Part shown: piece by piece, positions 39,472 to 52,901 of the stretch
How the letters are laid out: each line of letters starts with the position of its first letter
How positions within the stretch are numbered: position 1 is the stretch's first letter
NCBI GenBank assembly: GCA_009103225.1
Contig: RHPI01000575.1
Coordinates: forward strand, 103,224-167,223
From: Chlorokybus atmophyticus
Taxonomy: Eukaryota > Plantae > Mesostigma and Chlorokybus algae
Reading direction: 5' to 3'
Length of the DNA: 64,000 bases
Notes under the pieces: model-generated
Told to the model about the DNA's origin: nothing
The model's input: only the letters and a program-made list of their open reading frames with translations
Database searches by the model: none
Position numbers and translations under genes: made by a program

Positions 39472-42290
39472 CCGAGAGTATGTGGGTGAGGCGGGACGGC
39501 AAGATGAGCAACTCAAACGGGAGAGGATGCGGGAAGACGGTAAACACTTGGACAGCAATGAGGAGGATTTGGAGCTTGTGGAGCAGGGTTTAAAGCTTGA
39601 GGAGGATGCTAATGATACCGATATGTATGAGTATGACGACGCCCCATAGATAGCAAGGATTTGTGAAACTTGACCGGTTGTGTAGTATTGTTGTTTGCAT
39701 AAGCACTGAAGTAGCATCTAAAATATGTGCATATGTGTTTTGTAAGTTTTTTATGTCTCTGTGCGCACAATCAAGTATAGGTCTACGCGGTGTAAGAACC
39801 AATGAGTGTAGAGACAGCAGCAGCGTTGGTTATAATGTCCAATATTGTGTCATAATAATGTTGTTGCTAAAATTGCGTACAGTAATCATGATGTACCAAG
39901 TCACTATGCGGTTCAATTTATTAGCTAACCTGGGCCCGGAACGAGGACGCCAAAGGGAGGTTAACTTTTGCAGTTGGAGAGCTGGCGTGCTAATGAGGCG
40001 TGCTACGCAGTGTCTGCCGCAGGAGGGGCAAATGCAAGAGCAAGGGCGAAGGCCGTGACAGCGTCATTGCATCGCCATAGTCCTTCGAGGACTCCTTGTC
40101 TCTTAGCACCGAGGCCACGAAGGGGGTGGTGGTGATTATGGTGCCAGCAGTGCTGCTACCAGTGTCAGTCTTTCAAGCAGCGGTGGTTGTGCGTGTACGC
40201 AAGACCACTCCTGGAGCAAGAGGCAGCGCAGATGGTGCTCCCAACCCTTCGGCAGCGAACCTGACATGACTCTGGCAGAGCCGAAATGGACGCAGTCGCT
40301 TGTCTTCAAGAAGATTGTGGGCAATGGCGACCTCGTGCCACACAGCTGCGGTGACGTCATCTAGGTAGTCCGCGGCAAGGACAAACTTTTGGTGTCATTC
40401 CATTGGTTTTTGGCTCGATGCTTCACGGTCAAGATGATGGAGTTAAAGCAGTGTATCAAGTTCCGCAAAGAGATAGCTCCTGCAGCGCCGATGAAGACCA
40501 ACCTTCTGTTGCTGTTGCGATTGCCAATCGCAACTGCCCCTTCAGACGGCCTAAAGGGCAGCCGTATCTTCTTCGCTATTGGAGCTGACAACGCGGTTGA
40601 AAGGAAGCCAATAACTTACAGCAGTGGGTGCGTCACCAATTTGAGTGTACATGAAGTTAGTGCAGAGGTTGTTTTGATTAATGCAGTATTCATGTTAAAT
40701 CAATCGTGATTAAACTTCATACGCATTTTATATGAAGGTCACAATAGCACATAATAGTTTTTATTGATGCAGTATCAAATCCATACACTTCACATGGATT
40801 CAACGTAATATCACTTCATGTTGATTCATGTGGAAACGATAGCAATGTGCGCTCATGTCCGTGGCATGCATATAACATATAACCGTTATATAACTTGAAG
40901 TCTTTTCATGCAATGCACACATAGTAAATACTTGATATAGGCAGCATGATCAGCAACAAGTAGCAATGCAAGGTGCATGCATGTTACCATCACGTACACC
41001 TTGCTGCTATCACATACAACATATCGCTACTCGCTGAACTGTACAACCTCTAGGGACATAAGCTAACTAAATATCAGCCATATTATCACACATGCCGCCA
41101 ACGCCTTCATTAGCGCCCTCGTGCGCCACCGCCCGCCATTAANACGTTCGTCGCGGTGGATGTACCCTATCACGCGTCATAAATCGTGGAACGCTTGTAA
41201 ACCCAAGTAGCATACCAATGAGCACTATATGTTGTTTGAAGATGGAGAATGTTGTTGGTGAATTTAATGCCTATATATTGTCTTACGCTTGTGCAATTGA
41301 TCAAAGTGGGTCAATATGCCTTTTGTTTTGCTGTTATACAAATCTTGCCATCAGCAAACATAGTAGAAGTTACTTGTTTATGGTCAACCATAACTTGTGG
41401 TTGGTTTTGATAGGAGGGAGAAATGGTAATATTTATTTGATATCAATTGTCGTCGAATATCCCCCNNNNNNNNNNNNNNNNNNNNNNNNNNNNNNNNNNN
41501 NNNNNNNNNNNNNNNNNNNNNNNNNNNNNNNNNNNNNNNNNNNNNNNNNNNNNNNNNNNNNNNNNNNNNNNNNNNNNNNNNNNNNNNNNNNNNNNNNNNN
41601 NNNNNNNNNNNNNNNNNNNNNNNNNNNNNNNNNNNNNNNNNNNCCCCCCTTAGGACTAACACCCTCCATTAAGTTTGGTGGTGGTGGTTGGTGGACACCT
41701 CCCTTGTACACTCATTTCGTCTTTTTTTACAACACCCCCCATGATTTAGCGGTGTCATGCCATGAGCACTCGTTGCCACGAGCACTTGACACAATTAGCG
41801 TTGTACTGAGCACATCATTGAGAGATACAAGCATTCATGCGCACACGCACCAGTGGGGGCTATTTTCAACAAGTAGAGGATGCTCTGTGCATACATATAC
41901 ACTCAACCGTATGTACACCTATGCAAGATGAGGGAAACTATGCCATAGCCCGTCCGTGGCGCTCTTGTGACTGAAGAGCGGACCATTTTGCCAACACGCA
42001 GGGTAGCAACCTCGCAGACATTTTCTCTGACCACACCACGGGTCGAGCTTTCATGCGACACCGATAGAAATGGTTCCCCAACAGTCTAACTTTGACCACA
42101 ACCTGATTGAAAAACTACCTCTAAATCAATTGGAAATTTGGTGGCAACCGAGGTATTGATTTCTCTCTTTTTCTGTTTTAGTCACAACTCAGTTTGGTAT
42201 CTAGCGGCCATCAAGGTAAAGTAGACGGCGTGCATTCAGTTTAGTATCCGTCTTATCTTCAACTTAATAATGGTTACATCCTTCATAATT

Positions 42291-43167
42291 GTGGTCACTT
42301 CAAGCGCCAATCTCAAATATCAGACGGCGTTTTCGCGAGCTGCGCGGCCCGCATTGCGATGTAATGCCCGCAGATCGGACGCTTCTCATGAATCCGCAAG
42401 TTGTGATGAGCATTGTAATCACGCTTAATGCGCGTGACTTTTGATTTTCGATTGCCCTTTTGGCGGCCATATTAACACGCTTAACCGGAAAGTTAAGACG
42501 CTGTAATATCGGCGCCTTAACCATCAAGTCTAATAATGTCGTAGCCTAGTGGTTAAGGCGCCAATGTTACATTGCTCCGATACCACTGTAACATCGGCGC
42601 CTTAACCACTAGACTACCGCAGCAAAAGTCGCTGCCATAGGGGGAGCCACATGCCCCATATATGTCCCATAACCATATATGTTACAGACGCGCTTAACCC
42701 GGACGTCGCCCAGTAATCGATGCCACGATTGGCCACGTTGCCCGTTGCAAATGCATATAGGTCATCGGATACATCAGGCACATAAATTGAGTTCATATGA
42801 CGCGTGACGCGTCACTAAATAGGCGTGACTTTTGATTTTTGGCGGCCCCTTTAGCCCAAAGGCTTTGGGCCATTTCTATAATGCATTTCATACACATGTG
42901 TATGCACATATATACATATACTTACATAATTTATAAAAAGACATATAGATACCATAGGTACATTGATATTAAAAATGCATGCATTGAAGAATGTCAAACG
43001 CCGGGGATGCGGTTTGGATAGCTCAGATATGTACTTCCCGTAGATACAACAATCTATGATTGTATGGTCACCGCTCAGCCAATTAGAAGCTGGCACACCA
43101 GTCATTGCTCGATGTCCGGTCCATTAACTGCCGACCGTGCAAAAGCACACGCGCTTGCAGTGACCAT
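42291..43167. mobile_element. Non-autonomous TIR element, copy 2, carrying a nested insertion
   Basis: TIRs GTGGTCACTTCAAGCGC (42291-42307) / GCGCTTGCAGTGACCAT (43151-43167); shared internal blocks with 9771-10708. Confidence 0.65.
42502..42686 (-). mobile_element. 185-bp TG..CA micro-LTR (TRIM-like) insertion with tRNA-iMet-like PBS and 5-bp TSD
   Basis: GACGC at 42497-42501 and 42687-42691; units 42502-42571 and 42587-42686 both have TGTAA.AT...ATGTTACA ends; the spacer reads GTGGTATCGGAGCAA on the minus strand; an empty site is present in copy 1 (about 9961-9975). Confidence 0.75.
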
Positions 43168-43727
43168 CACTTGTGGTTGGTGGATAGATCATGCATTAAG
43201 GAGATCTTAATGCATGATCGGTGTGATGGCAGCAATCCGCGGTAAAAACCAAAAGAGTTGCTATACCGCTGATTTGAAAAACCTCGCGGGTAAAACGGCC
43301 GGGCTAGCAAATAACGATATACGATCAAAGTACACTCGACGACACGAGACGCACGCTCACCTGTTTACAGATGATATGTAGCATTACAAAAGCTGCCTCA
43401 ATGGTCTCATGTGCCGCCATGTATGCATACCAGATGTACCGGCATTCATGTAATACGCAATGCACCAACAGCTGCATACAACGGCATCATATCTATCTAT
43501 ACCTATATCTATATCTAAATCCATATAATAATATATCAATACATATATGTATATACATCTACATATTTGTGTATGTATGTATATATATCACAATTACATT
43601 ACAGTGATACATAGTGACCCATTCACGGCGGAAAGCCGTTCTGCACTAGGGTTCCACGAAACCGAACCAGGCGTGGTACGACCGGCCGCGCCAGGGAGGC
43701 CGCGCCAAAATCCTCGTGCGATGGAAT

Positions 43728-44065
43728 CCGCGCCAAGTATGGAGCGGATCGACCCTGGTTCGTTCGCCGCAGACGTTCGCACCAGGGTTTATTCCTGGTG
43801 CGGCCGGTCATTTGCGACACGCCTACACAGGGTGTGTCGTCTTCCGCACAAAGTTGGCGAAGAGTGTCCGCCACCGGCAGTCATGAGCCGCGGACGTCTG
43901 CACCATGCAAGGTTTGGGGTTTCTTCCGCACCAAGCATGGTGCGGGGTGGTCGCCACCGGCAGTCTTAAGTTGCGGACATCTGCACCATGCAAGGTGGGG
44001 TTCCTTCCGCGCCAAGCATGGCCCGGTGTGTACGCCACCGGCAGTTTTAAGCCGCGGACTTCCGC
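43728..44065. repeat. GC-rich ~81-83-bp tandem repeat (3-4 degenerate units)
   Basis: CGCCACCGGCAGT at 43869, 43952, 44033; CCGC(A/G)CCAAG recurs at similar spacing; 9-bp hairpin at 43778-43802. Confidence 0.8.
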
Positions 44066-44860
44066 GCCATCTGGTTGCGGCGTACGTTATTGATTGCTCA
44101 CAAATGCGCTTGCACCTAGCTATAAGAATGCAATTAATGTGGGTGATGGCTTGTTGAAAAGCCCTTGCAATCTATTATGTGACACATGTCACAGCATACT
44201 TTTAGGGTTAGCACTGCTCTCACAGCAGTCTCACAAGTAGGGATCTGTCGCTTCATAGGCTTAAAGCCTGTCAAGCCAATTTTGGACGCTTGAAAATGGA
44301 ACGTCATTTCAGGCTGTTGTCAGGCAATGTGCTTTTTAACGTTCATCGTTGCGGTGTGCTGGCATCTGACAGGCCTGTGCTGACATATCGTTCTCACGCA
44401 AATGCAGTGTGTACGACACTACTCCGTTATGCAGAATGAGTGTGTGCGGCGTTGCGCTGAAGTTCTTGAAAGCTACGTCGTGAGATGGCTGTCATTTGAA
44501 TGGCATCGATTTGGTCCGGACCAACCTCAAGGCGGGACGCGTCAGCAGTCAGCGGTTTACTGGGATCTTCATGCCGAGAGCGATGCACTGTTGTGGCGTG
44601 GGTCACGGTATGCAGACCTGCTTCTTAAGCTTGCGTTTGCAGAGCTTGTAGAGCTTGCGGAGCATGAGCTTGCGGAGCTTGTGTTTGCTTGTGGCTTTGC
44701 GTGTAGCTTGCGGACTGCTTTAGCTTCAGCTTGCTGTTTTTGCGCTTGAGCTTGGTTCAGCTAGAGCGTGTGCATGCAAGTGTGCTTGTGTGAGCTTGTA
44801 AGAGCTTGGTTGCATGATTTGCTTGGTCATTTGCTGGTTGGTGTAAGTTGCCAACTGACA

Positions 44861-47017
44861 ATGGCTCCCTCCGACACTGACGATTGCTTCAGAGCAAAAG
44901 GCATCAAGGTAGCCAAGAAGAAAACTGGGTCGCAGTTCTTGCGCGAACACTTTGGGCTGCTGCTTCCTGTGCACAAGAGCGACCTGAAGCTGCTGAAGCA
45001 GCGCATGCAGGAGACCTTTCCAAATGGCATGAGCGGTTTGAAGTTTAAGGACCACGACACGGAGCACAAACGGCAAACCAAGGAGATGATCCGTTCTTTG
45101 AATTGGAACTGTCCCTCAAGTGGACGGAAGGTAGATTACTGCTTGTGGCTGCTGTTCTATGTTGACAATGTGCGTGCTCTCTTTTACTTCAGTGAAACCT
45201 TTGGTGTCTGACAAGCTAGGATTGTTGCCGTCAACATGTTATTTTCAGCTGACATTTTGTTGCTACCGTTGGAAACTGAGTGACTAGTAGTATTTTTATG
45301 TTAACCAACTTGCAAATTGGCTCTGCGGACCACATTTGGAAGTACTTCCAGGAGAAGCAGTACTCAGACGCAGGCAAAATGCGAGCTGCTGACGGCGGTT
45401 AGTTCATAGAGGAGCGCAACCAGGAAGCCAAAAAGAAGCGCGGAAGCAGTGGTTCCTCCAGTTCTGACAGAAGAGGTGGGAGTTGGAGCGCACACTTCAC
45501 CAGCAACAACTGCACAGCCAATGCGTATATAATGATGTTGGCGCCAATGTCCAATCAGCCTTTGACCGAAGAGGAACTTCGTGCAACCTGGCTAGGCGAA
45601 AGGTCAGTGCACCTGCAGTATTTTCATGGAGTGGAGTGTGCTTCTTATGTTACACTTGAGTTGCTTGCAGGGAATTGGACGAGTATGACAAAGAGCTGGT
45701 GTACGACATCAGCAATTGCGTGGGCAGTGGGCACTGCCATTATGGAGGCTGTTTCCCAGGCGGAGACACCATGCCGCTGCTACCGCGTCAAGGTGACAGC
45801 TTGGTTCAAGGTGGCCCCTACTGGCACAGACAAGCTGTGGCTGCCGGCCAGACGCGCGGACTTCTCCCACGGTTGGCAAACGAATGAAGTGTCGGCAAAA
45901 CGCATGCTGGTAGGCACTGCTCATGCCCACCTTTTGCTGCTGTAACAACCCCACTGCTCACTTTTTGCTGCTGCGTGCATGTTGGCATCCACCTTTTGCT
46001 GCTTTGACAACCCAACTGCCCACTTTTTACTGCTGCATGCATGTTGGCATCCACCTATTGCTGCTGTGTCAACCCCACTGCCCACCTTTTGCTGCTGCGT
46101 GCATGTTGGCATCCACCCTTTGCTGTTGTGACAACCCCACTGCCCATCTTTTGCTGCTGTGTCGACGCCCCATCCACCTTTTGCTATTGCAAGACACCCC
46201 TTGAGCACTTTTTGCTGCTGCGCGACTTAACCTATCCACCTTTTGCGCACGCGTGATTGCCATTGGCCACCTTTTGCTGTGGCGCAACTCCGACTGAGCA
46301 TCTTTTGTTACTGATGTCACCTTGTGCTTGCTATTGCTGGGTTTAACACTTGTTTGTCATGCAGGGCCGTTGCTGCGAATGGCCATTCACATTCGTGGCC
46401 ACTTCTGCTCAGTGCCCTTGCATGGATTGCCAAGACGACATGCGGGTGCGGCTAGATGAATGCGTAGCCGACTTGGTGCGTCCTGTGCAGAGCCAATGTG
46501 AAGAGGTACACTGTTGGCGTGTTCAACTGATCATACAGTCTTGCACTTGAGTCATTAATGTGCGATTGCGTGTGCGAATAGGAACAGTACCCAAACAAGA
46601 GCAGCTGCCCCAATGGGCTGCGATGTGTTGCGGTACTGTGGACGTTCTTAGCAGAGTGCAATTGCAAATGATGAACGTCTACGAATACTGGCGACGGAAA
46701 TACAGCTCTCTGCTGGAGGATCTGCCCTATAAGAGCCCCAAGGGTGTAAACGTCGTCTCCGACCTACGCATCATGAATGCCCTGTACCAATCGGCTGTTG
46801 CCAAAAGGTGGCTGAGAGCAGACCCTGATGTAGCGGGCGAGTTGCGATGGGAGTCTGCACGCATGCTCCCAGGTACAGCAGACTTTGCATAGACTTTGCG
46901 GCAGCTGCTGAAGGTGACTGACATACCCATGTAATTGACAGGCCTCCGCAATGAAGAGAAGAAGCCAAAGGAGCAGAGGTGGAGGCTAAAGCGCAGGTGG
47001 CTGAGACCCAGCTGAAG
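44861..47017 (+). pseudogene. Unknown spliced gene or pseudogene
   Basis: Coding-like segments bounded by AG/GT (MAPSDTDDCF...SGRK; EKQYSD...GG*FIEE; PLTEEELRATWLGER; ELDEYDKELVY...; GRCCEWPF...; MMNVYEYWRRKY...); one in-frame TAG; no family recognised. Confidence 0.4.
45926..46285. repeat. 30/31-bp minisatellite with dimeric higher-order structure
   Basis: About 12 units with core CCAC(C/T)TTTTGCTGCTG; the first units alternate ...ACAACCCCACTG and ...CGTGCATGTTGGCAT. Confidence 0.85.
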
Positions 47018-48599
47018 GTGAGAGTTACGAGATGTTATCATCATGTGTGCCCAGCATGCACACTTGTTCAAGGTGGTGACTATGCTTTAAGTGCAGGTGT
47101 GCACGTGTGCGCAACGCTGGTTGTCATTACCACCTTTCGCTGTGCAACGCGAGGAGGAGTGGTGTAGATAGTAGTCGCAGTTAATGTAGACAGCTTGTTG
47201 AACTTTTGTGCATGCCTATACTGCTCTTAGCATACATTCTTGTACCACGTCTGGCTGGACTGCATGTATGCATGCACCATGATATGGGCCACATGTAGCA
47301 CCAGCAAAGCCCACCAAGCATGCACAGGGCAATTTCCGCGCAGACCACCGTTCCATGAGGCCGGTCCAGTGCTGGCGCGCAACTGGGCCCACTATTGGTG
47401 GTCCCGTCGACATACCGGCCCAATAGTGGCCCGCCAACCAGGGTTTACGAGTCCCGTCAACGTCGAGATCAATGATGGTGCCGGTCATCGATGGCTCTCA
47501 TATTAGCGCCGACTCTGAGGCGCAATACTATGGCAGATTGTCACACTGTTGGACCATCACCGGACCTCCATGAACATCATAACGATTCTAATCCGGTCAT
47601 CGCTTGGCGCCAGTCATGGTTAGTTACTGGCGGGCAACCATGTCCGGACTAATACCGGTCTTCAAGGGATTTGACTAATGTGACCCTCGTTGTCATGTGA
47701 TGTTGGTCGTAACAATAGCCGGCACCGCACCGGCGCTGGGTTGCAATTGTGACCGTGGGATCATTTATTGCCTACCAGTCAGGCATTAACGAATGTTTGT
47801 CCGTCAATCGTCTGACAATGTCTGCCAGTACTACTACTACTACTACTACTGTACGCCTTGCAGCACTGACAGTTGCGGATGTGCTCAAAGCAATCTATCT
47901 GTGGGGTTACGTCAGCCGGTACCTGTTACTAACTCGGTGGTGACCGGCACTTTGCTCGGCAGTAATCTCCCCACTACAGGCCGGCAGTGACGACCCGTCT
48001 GCTGCACGGTCCGGTACCAACCGCACCGTGCAGCACGATCCGTTCTTATCTAACGATCCGTGCTGATTTCCATCATACCGTGGTCGTTAGCTTAACCGCA
48101 ACAATGTATACATGCCAGTTAAATATTGCAACACAACATGATAGGTAGCTGAACTTTGCAATTGATTTGGCGCCTAAAACAACTTACCGGTATGTTAACT
48201 GAACCATGTAGGAGTCCGCATTCGCGATGCCCATCACGGTTACTTCAACCGTGTTAGGGCTAAGTACTAGGCGTCTGCAGAGCTTGCCTTGTTGCGCACA
48301 ACCACTGCACGGCTGCTGGCCAAGCTTGCACTGCTCGGTATACGGGCAGCTGAACGTGCCGGCGGCGGTATCGGCGGCGGCGGCGACCGGTGGCTACCGT
48401 TGCCGCAGCCGCTAGTGGTAAATGGCTACACCAGGTTGCCTTTAAATGCAGGCGTACTGCTCCTCGCCGCCTGCTCGTCGCCTGCTCTTCTAGCGCGCCT
48501 GCTCGCCAGCTTCTCCACCGCACCTGCTGGCCAATTCGCCTGCCCACCAGCTTTAAGCTGGCGGGCAAGTTGAGCTCGCCTGCACAGATGCTCCTCTTT

Positions 48600-51500
48600 C
48601 ATCGCGCAACACCCGACACCAGCACTTCTCCAACAGGCCGTACTGGTTGCAGAAGCCGCAGTTGCGGAGGGGATGTAGAGTCCCCTCATCAGCTATTAAC
48701 ACCAGCAGATCTGCTCATGGCACAAGCATTGGCAGCTTCCGTGCCCATTGGTGCGGGCACCACCTCCAGCACTACAGCAGCCCTTAGCGGCGCCTCAGCC
48801 GGTGCTTTGGTGCCCTCTTCAGCACCCTCCGCACCAGCAGCAGGCAATGCAGCGCAGCGCGTTGCGCGATCCTTTCAGGGTCCCCTCCCCGGACACTCCT
48901 AGAGTGCCTGGCCAACAGGTAGCCGGGTTCCGCATCACACACGCGTTCCTTCCGCACCTGACACCACTTTTGCACCACCACCCAACGTGAACGATCGCGA
49001 GGATGTCAAAACACCGTCCTGGCCAGGGAGGGACCCGAGGTGGACCCACGCAAGGTTCAGTTCCACTTCGGTGCCATTGTGGTGAGCCGGTTGGCACGAA
49101 GGTTGCTCTGGTACCTATGGCAATGGTATCAAACCGCTCCGTTCCTATATCCCTACCACGCCATCACTCAGCACCCTTCTTCGCTGCCTCTACTGTACGA
49201 TTACGCCGTCGTGAGGCGCGCAGTCAACCAGCCCCTCTACAACGACACCAACCTCTTAGGGGATCCACGTCAGCGTGACTGGGTACGACGGCGACACGCA
49301 CTACAACAGGTTGGTCGATGGGTACAACAGGAGCACGCTGCTGATTAGGCACAGGCATCCCCACGGGGACTGATACTGGAGGAGGGGACCAACGCGATTG
49401 TGGAGAACTTCTCTCCGGGACCAACCGCGGAGGGATACATCACCCTCACTGGCTACCACCATCGCCATGGCCAGGGGCTTTATGGAGAACAGGAGATTCG
49501 GGCATACCTACTGCTGCAACTCACATGGCTGGAAGGCATCCCCACCAACTTGTTGAACTTGTTGGGGTACCGCACCATGACCCGTGCCCGAACCCGTTTG
49601 CTTCGGTGGCTGGTGACCACCCATCCCGCCATGCCGCAGACTGCTTTCAACAGCCGAGCAAGATGGCTGAGCGCGTTTTTGCGCTCACTCATGCAGGCAT
49701 TCCAGGATGCAGACGGGGAACAACTTCGCACCGTCGCAGCCGCCCGAGATGCCATTGCCACCCTTCCTAGTCTGGAAACGGCACGATAGCGTGACAGGAT
49801 TGGCAACTGCTATATGCACTACAGGCATGAGCGTCCGGCCGAGACTGCGCCGTCGGTGCATGCGCATGCCATAACCAATCTCGACATGGGCATCACCCAT
49901 GGTCGTTGGGATTCTTTTATGGCAGGCATCCTGAGCGTACCCATCCTCACCAATGGCATTCACGACGAGGTAGTACGCGCCCTTTTTCTGATGCCCATGC
50001 CACGATGGGACTGGGGCAATAACGATATTTTGGGGCACCCCACAGCCTCATAGGAAACCACTCTGGTGCGCGAGGCAGCCCATGCCGTGCGCGCCGCACG
50101 AACAGAGGCAACTGCGTCTACGCCTCCCGCAGGCAGCTCTCCTCCTCTTAGTCCAAGACCGGCATCCGCCCCAAGACCAGCAGAGGGGGCAGGAGAAGGC
50201 GCACCACCGGGGGAAGGCAACGAGGCTGGGCCACCAGAGCAACGCAGCGGCATGATGGCACAACGTCTTGGCCACCCCTCGCCGAGCACATCAGCGGGCA
50301 GCGCTCCACAACGCACTACGAACCGCACCAGCGTCCAACCCAACGCCATCATGGTGGCAAACCAGGGCAAGCATGTCCTGATCAGCGGCAAGGCACCAAA
50401 ACGGGTGTTACTGAACACAGGGGCTCAGCCCATCTTCATCGGCAAGTACATGGCGCGCGCGCTCAACATTACTGCTGCCGACCTGGACGCATGCCCGTAC
50501 ACGCTCAATCCTGTGATGGACACCGCCCAGAAGGCGCTTGGCCTGACCAAAAAGACGATCCCCATCACGTTGGTTGGTCACAACTCCACACAGGCAACCA
50601 CATATGACGTCAAGAATGTCGTGTTCGACTCTCGCAACTACAATCTGATCTTGGGGCAGGAGTTTAATTATGTGATTGGGGTGGTCGTCGACAGCTGAAC
50701 AAAAAGGGTTTGGTTCCACCCACAATGGCGCACTGGCCACAGCCCACGCTGTGAGTTGCCAGCAACGTTCCTGGTGGGAGGACGCCATCTCAGCAGCTCC
50801 ACTACGGTGGCAGTTGCAACTACTTCGCCCACCATGCGTCGTATGCTCCCAGCAGCTGTCGCTGGATTCGAGCGCAAACCATATGACGACACGCAACAGC
50901 CCGAGGACATGGAGGTGGCACTATGGGACTCTGCACGACGACGCCAGCAGGCCACCATCGCCGCCAACGCTTCTACGCACCATCGGGCTCACCAAGCTAC
51001 CTGCATACGAAGAACCCAAGGGTGTGCAGGAACAATGTCGCGTGGCCCCGGGCGTGGTGGAATTCCACACATTTCGCCGCAGGCAGGGTACGTTGCTGAA
51101 ACTTTTTAGCGGCATTAGCAGTGGACTGGCCGCCGTCCTCAACGCCGGCGTCAAGGTGAACCAGTATTACTATTGTGATCCTGATCCGTTGGCACAACAG
51201 GCTTTACGACACCATTTACACTAGTTGCATCAGCGTTACCCCGATCAGCTGCCGTTGTCAGCACTCAATGCAAATTTAAGCACGCTCCCGCAAAACATCC
51301 GGCTGATCATCATCTCCGATGCGCACCTGCTGGCACTCGGCAACATTGACCTGCTCATCGCAGGATGGGAATGTCAAGGCCACTCTCGCGCAGGGTCAGG
51401 AAGGGGTCTACAGGGTCCACGCTCCAACCTCTTCTGGGAACTGCTTCGTGTTTTCCACGTCGTCCAGAATCATCAGCTGGCTCGCCCACTGGCTTACATT

Positions 51501-52901
51501 CTAGAGAACGTCCACTCCGAAGACGACAACCGGGCCAAATGTTCGTGATGACTTCCACATGATCTGCTCCATGCTGGGTCATCCTCTGCGCATAAACGCC
51601 GCCCGCCACGGTTCGCGAGCACGCCGCATACGCGCCAAGTGGACCAACGTGGCCACTATAGAGGAACTGTTCGTATCAGAGCACCACCTCAGTTAAGGTC
51701 CGTATAACCACACAGTGGACGCAATTCTTGACCATGGCAGGACAACCCAGCCCGTCAAAAAGCTGGATCACGCACGATTCCACCAATGCAACCAGCCTGC
51801 CTAGCCAGGTCGCGCACTACCCATGCTCGTCTCCTACCCCGGCTCTTACGCCTATCGAAACAACGATGAAGGCATGGTGTGGGACATTTCCACGGGTAGG
51901 CTCGAAGAACCAAACGCACGAGAGCGCGAACGCGCCATGGGTTTCTTCCCAGGTACTGTCACTACTTCCGCACTCACCGACAGTCAACATCGCCAGCTGC
52001 TGGGTCGTGCCATGGACCAGAACATGGTATGGCTGTTAACAATGTGTTTCGCCACTCAAGACCGTTATGTGTCCTTGGAGGACGCTGCACACATGACCGG
52101 GGCGTGGGTTGATCGCCCACGAGACACAGCACCAGCCTACACAGCTGTGGAGTCAGCACGGATGGAGGAGCAGGCCGCAATCTCCGTGGAGGACATTCCC
52201 GTCAAAGCCAACGCCACGTCATGGGAACACGCATTAGGGCCACTTGCAACAGGTGACACTTGAGAACAGCTTAAAGCCTTGCTAGACAAGTGGAGGGCAC
52301 AGTTTAGCTTCAACGTCAAGGAGTTAGGGAAGTGCAGTGTGTACGAGATGGACATCGACCTCATTGTCGAGGAGCCCGTGTTCCGACGGCAGTTCAAGCT
52401 GTCCAAGCTTGAGGAGGAGCTTGTGGAACAACGTTGCCAAGCTCTGCTCGACGCCAGTCTCATAGAGGAGTCCACGTCGCCACCGCCACGGTTATGCCTC
52501 TCAAAAAAGACTTCGACGGCAATTGCACAGACAGGCGCATGTGTGAAGGTTACCACCCCCTCAACATCAAAACCAAGCAGGATCCCTACCCCATGCCGAC
52601 GGCTGAAGGCATTTTCGATGACGTCGGCTCCTGCACCATTTTTGGCATCCTCGACATGAGGCAGGGGTACAAGCAGATAGAGATCAAGGAGGCTGACAAG
52701 CACAAGACCTCGTTCTAGGGCAATTGCTAGCTGTACCAGTGGAAGGTGATGCCTTTCGGGTTGAAGAATGCACATGCCAAGTTTCAGCGGGTGATGGACA
52801 AAGCTCTCAAGGGGTGTGCCTTCGCACACTGGTACATCGATGATATTCTGATTTTTAGCCACACACCAGAGGAGCACCTGCTACACATGGAGGGAGTGTT
52901 T
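48600..52901 (+). mobile_element. Ty3/Gypsy-DNMT retrotransposon A (truncated at both ends, decayed): unknown domain - protease - DNMT - RT
   Basis: Protease LLNTGAQPIFIG (about 50408), DNMT about 51090-52035 (KLFSGISSG, DLLIAGWECQG, YILENV, RIRAKWTN, ERERAMGF, LLGRAMDQN), RT PFGLKNA/WYIDD; collinear with element B; no gag knuckles, RH, IN or LTR found. Left boundary approximate. Confidence 0.88.

Larger units (their letters stand above)
35783..41142 (+). repeat. Copy 2 of the 5360-bp direct duplication
   Basis: Begins inside L1 ORF1 and ends exactly at the single N at 41143. Confidence 0.95.

Noticed and set aside
42538-42600. tRNA gene (A-box-like TAGCCTAGTGGTTAAGGC)
   Set aside because: No T-loop/B box and no canonical anticodon arm; explained by the micro-LTR element.
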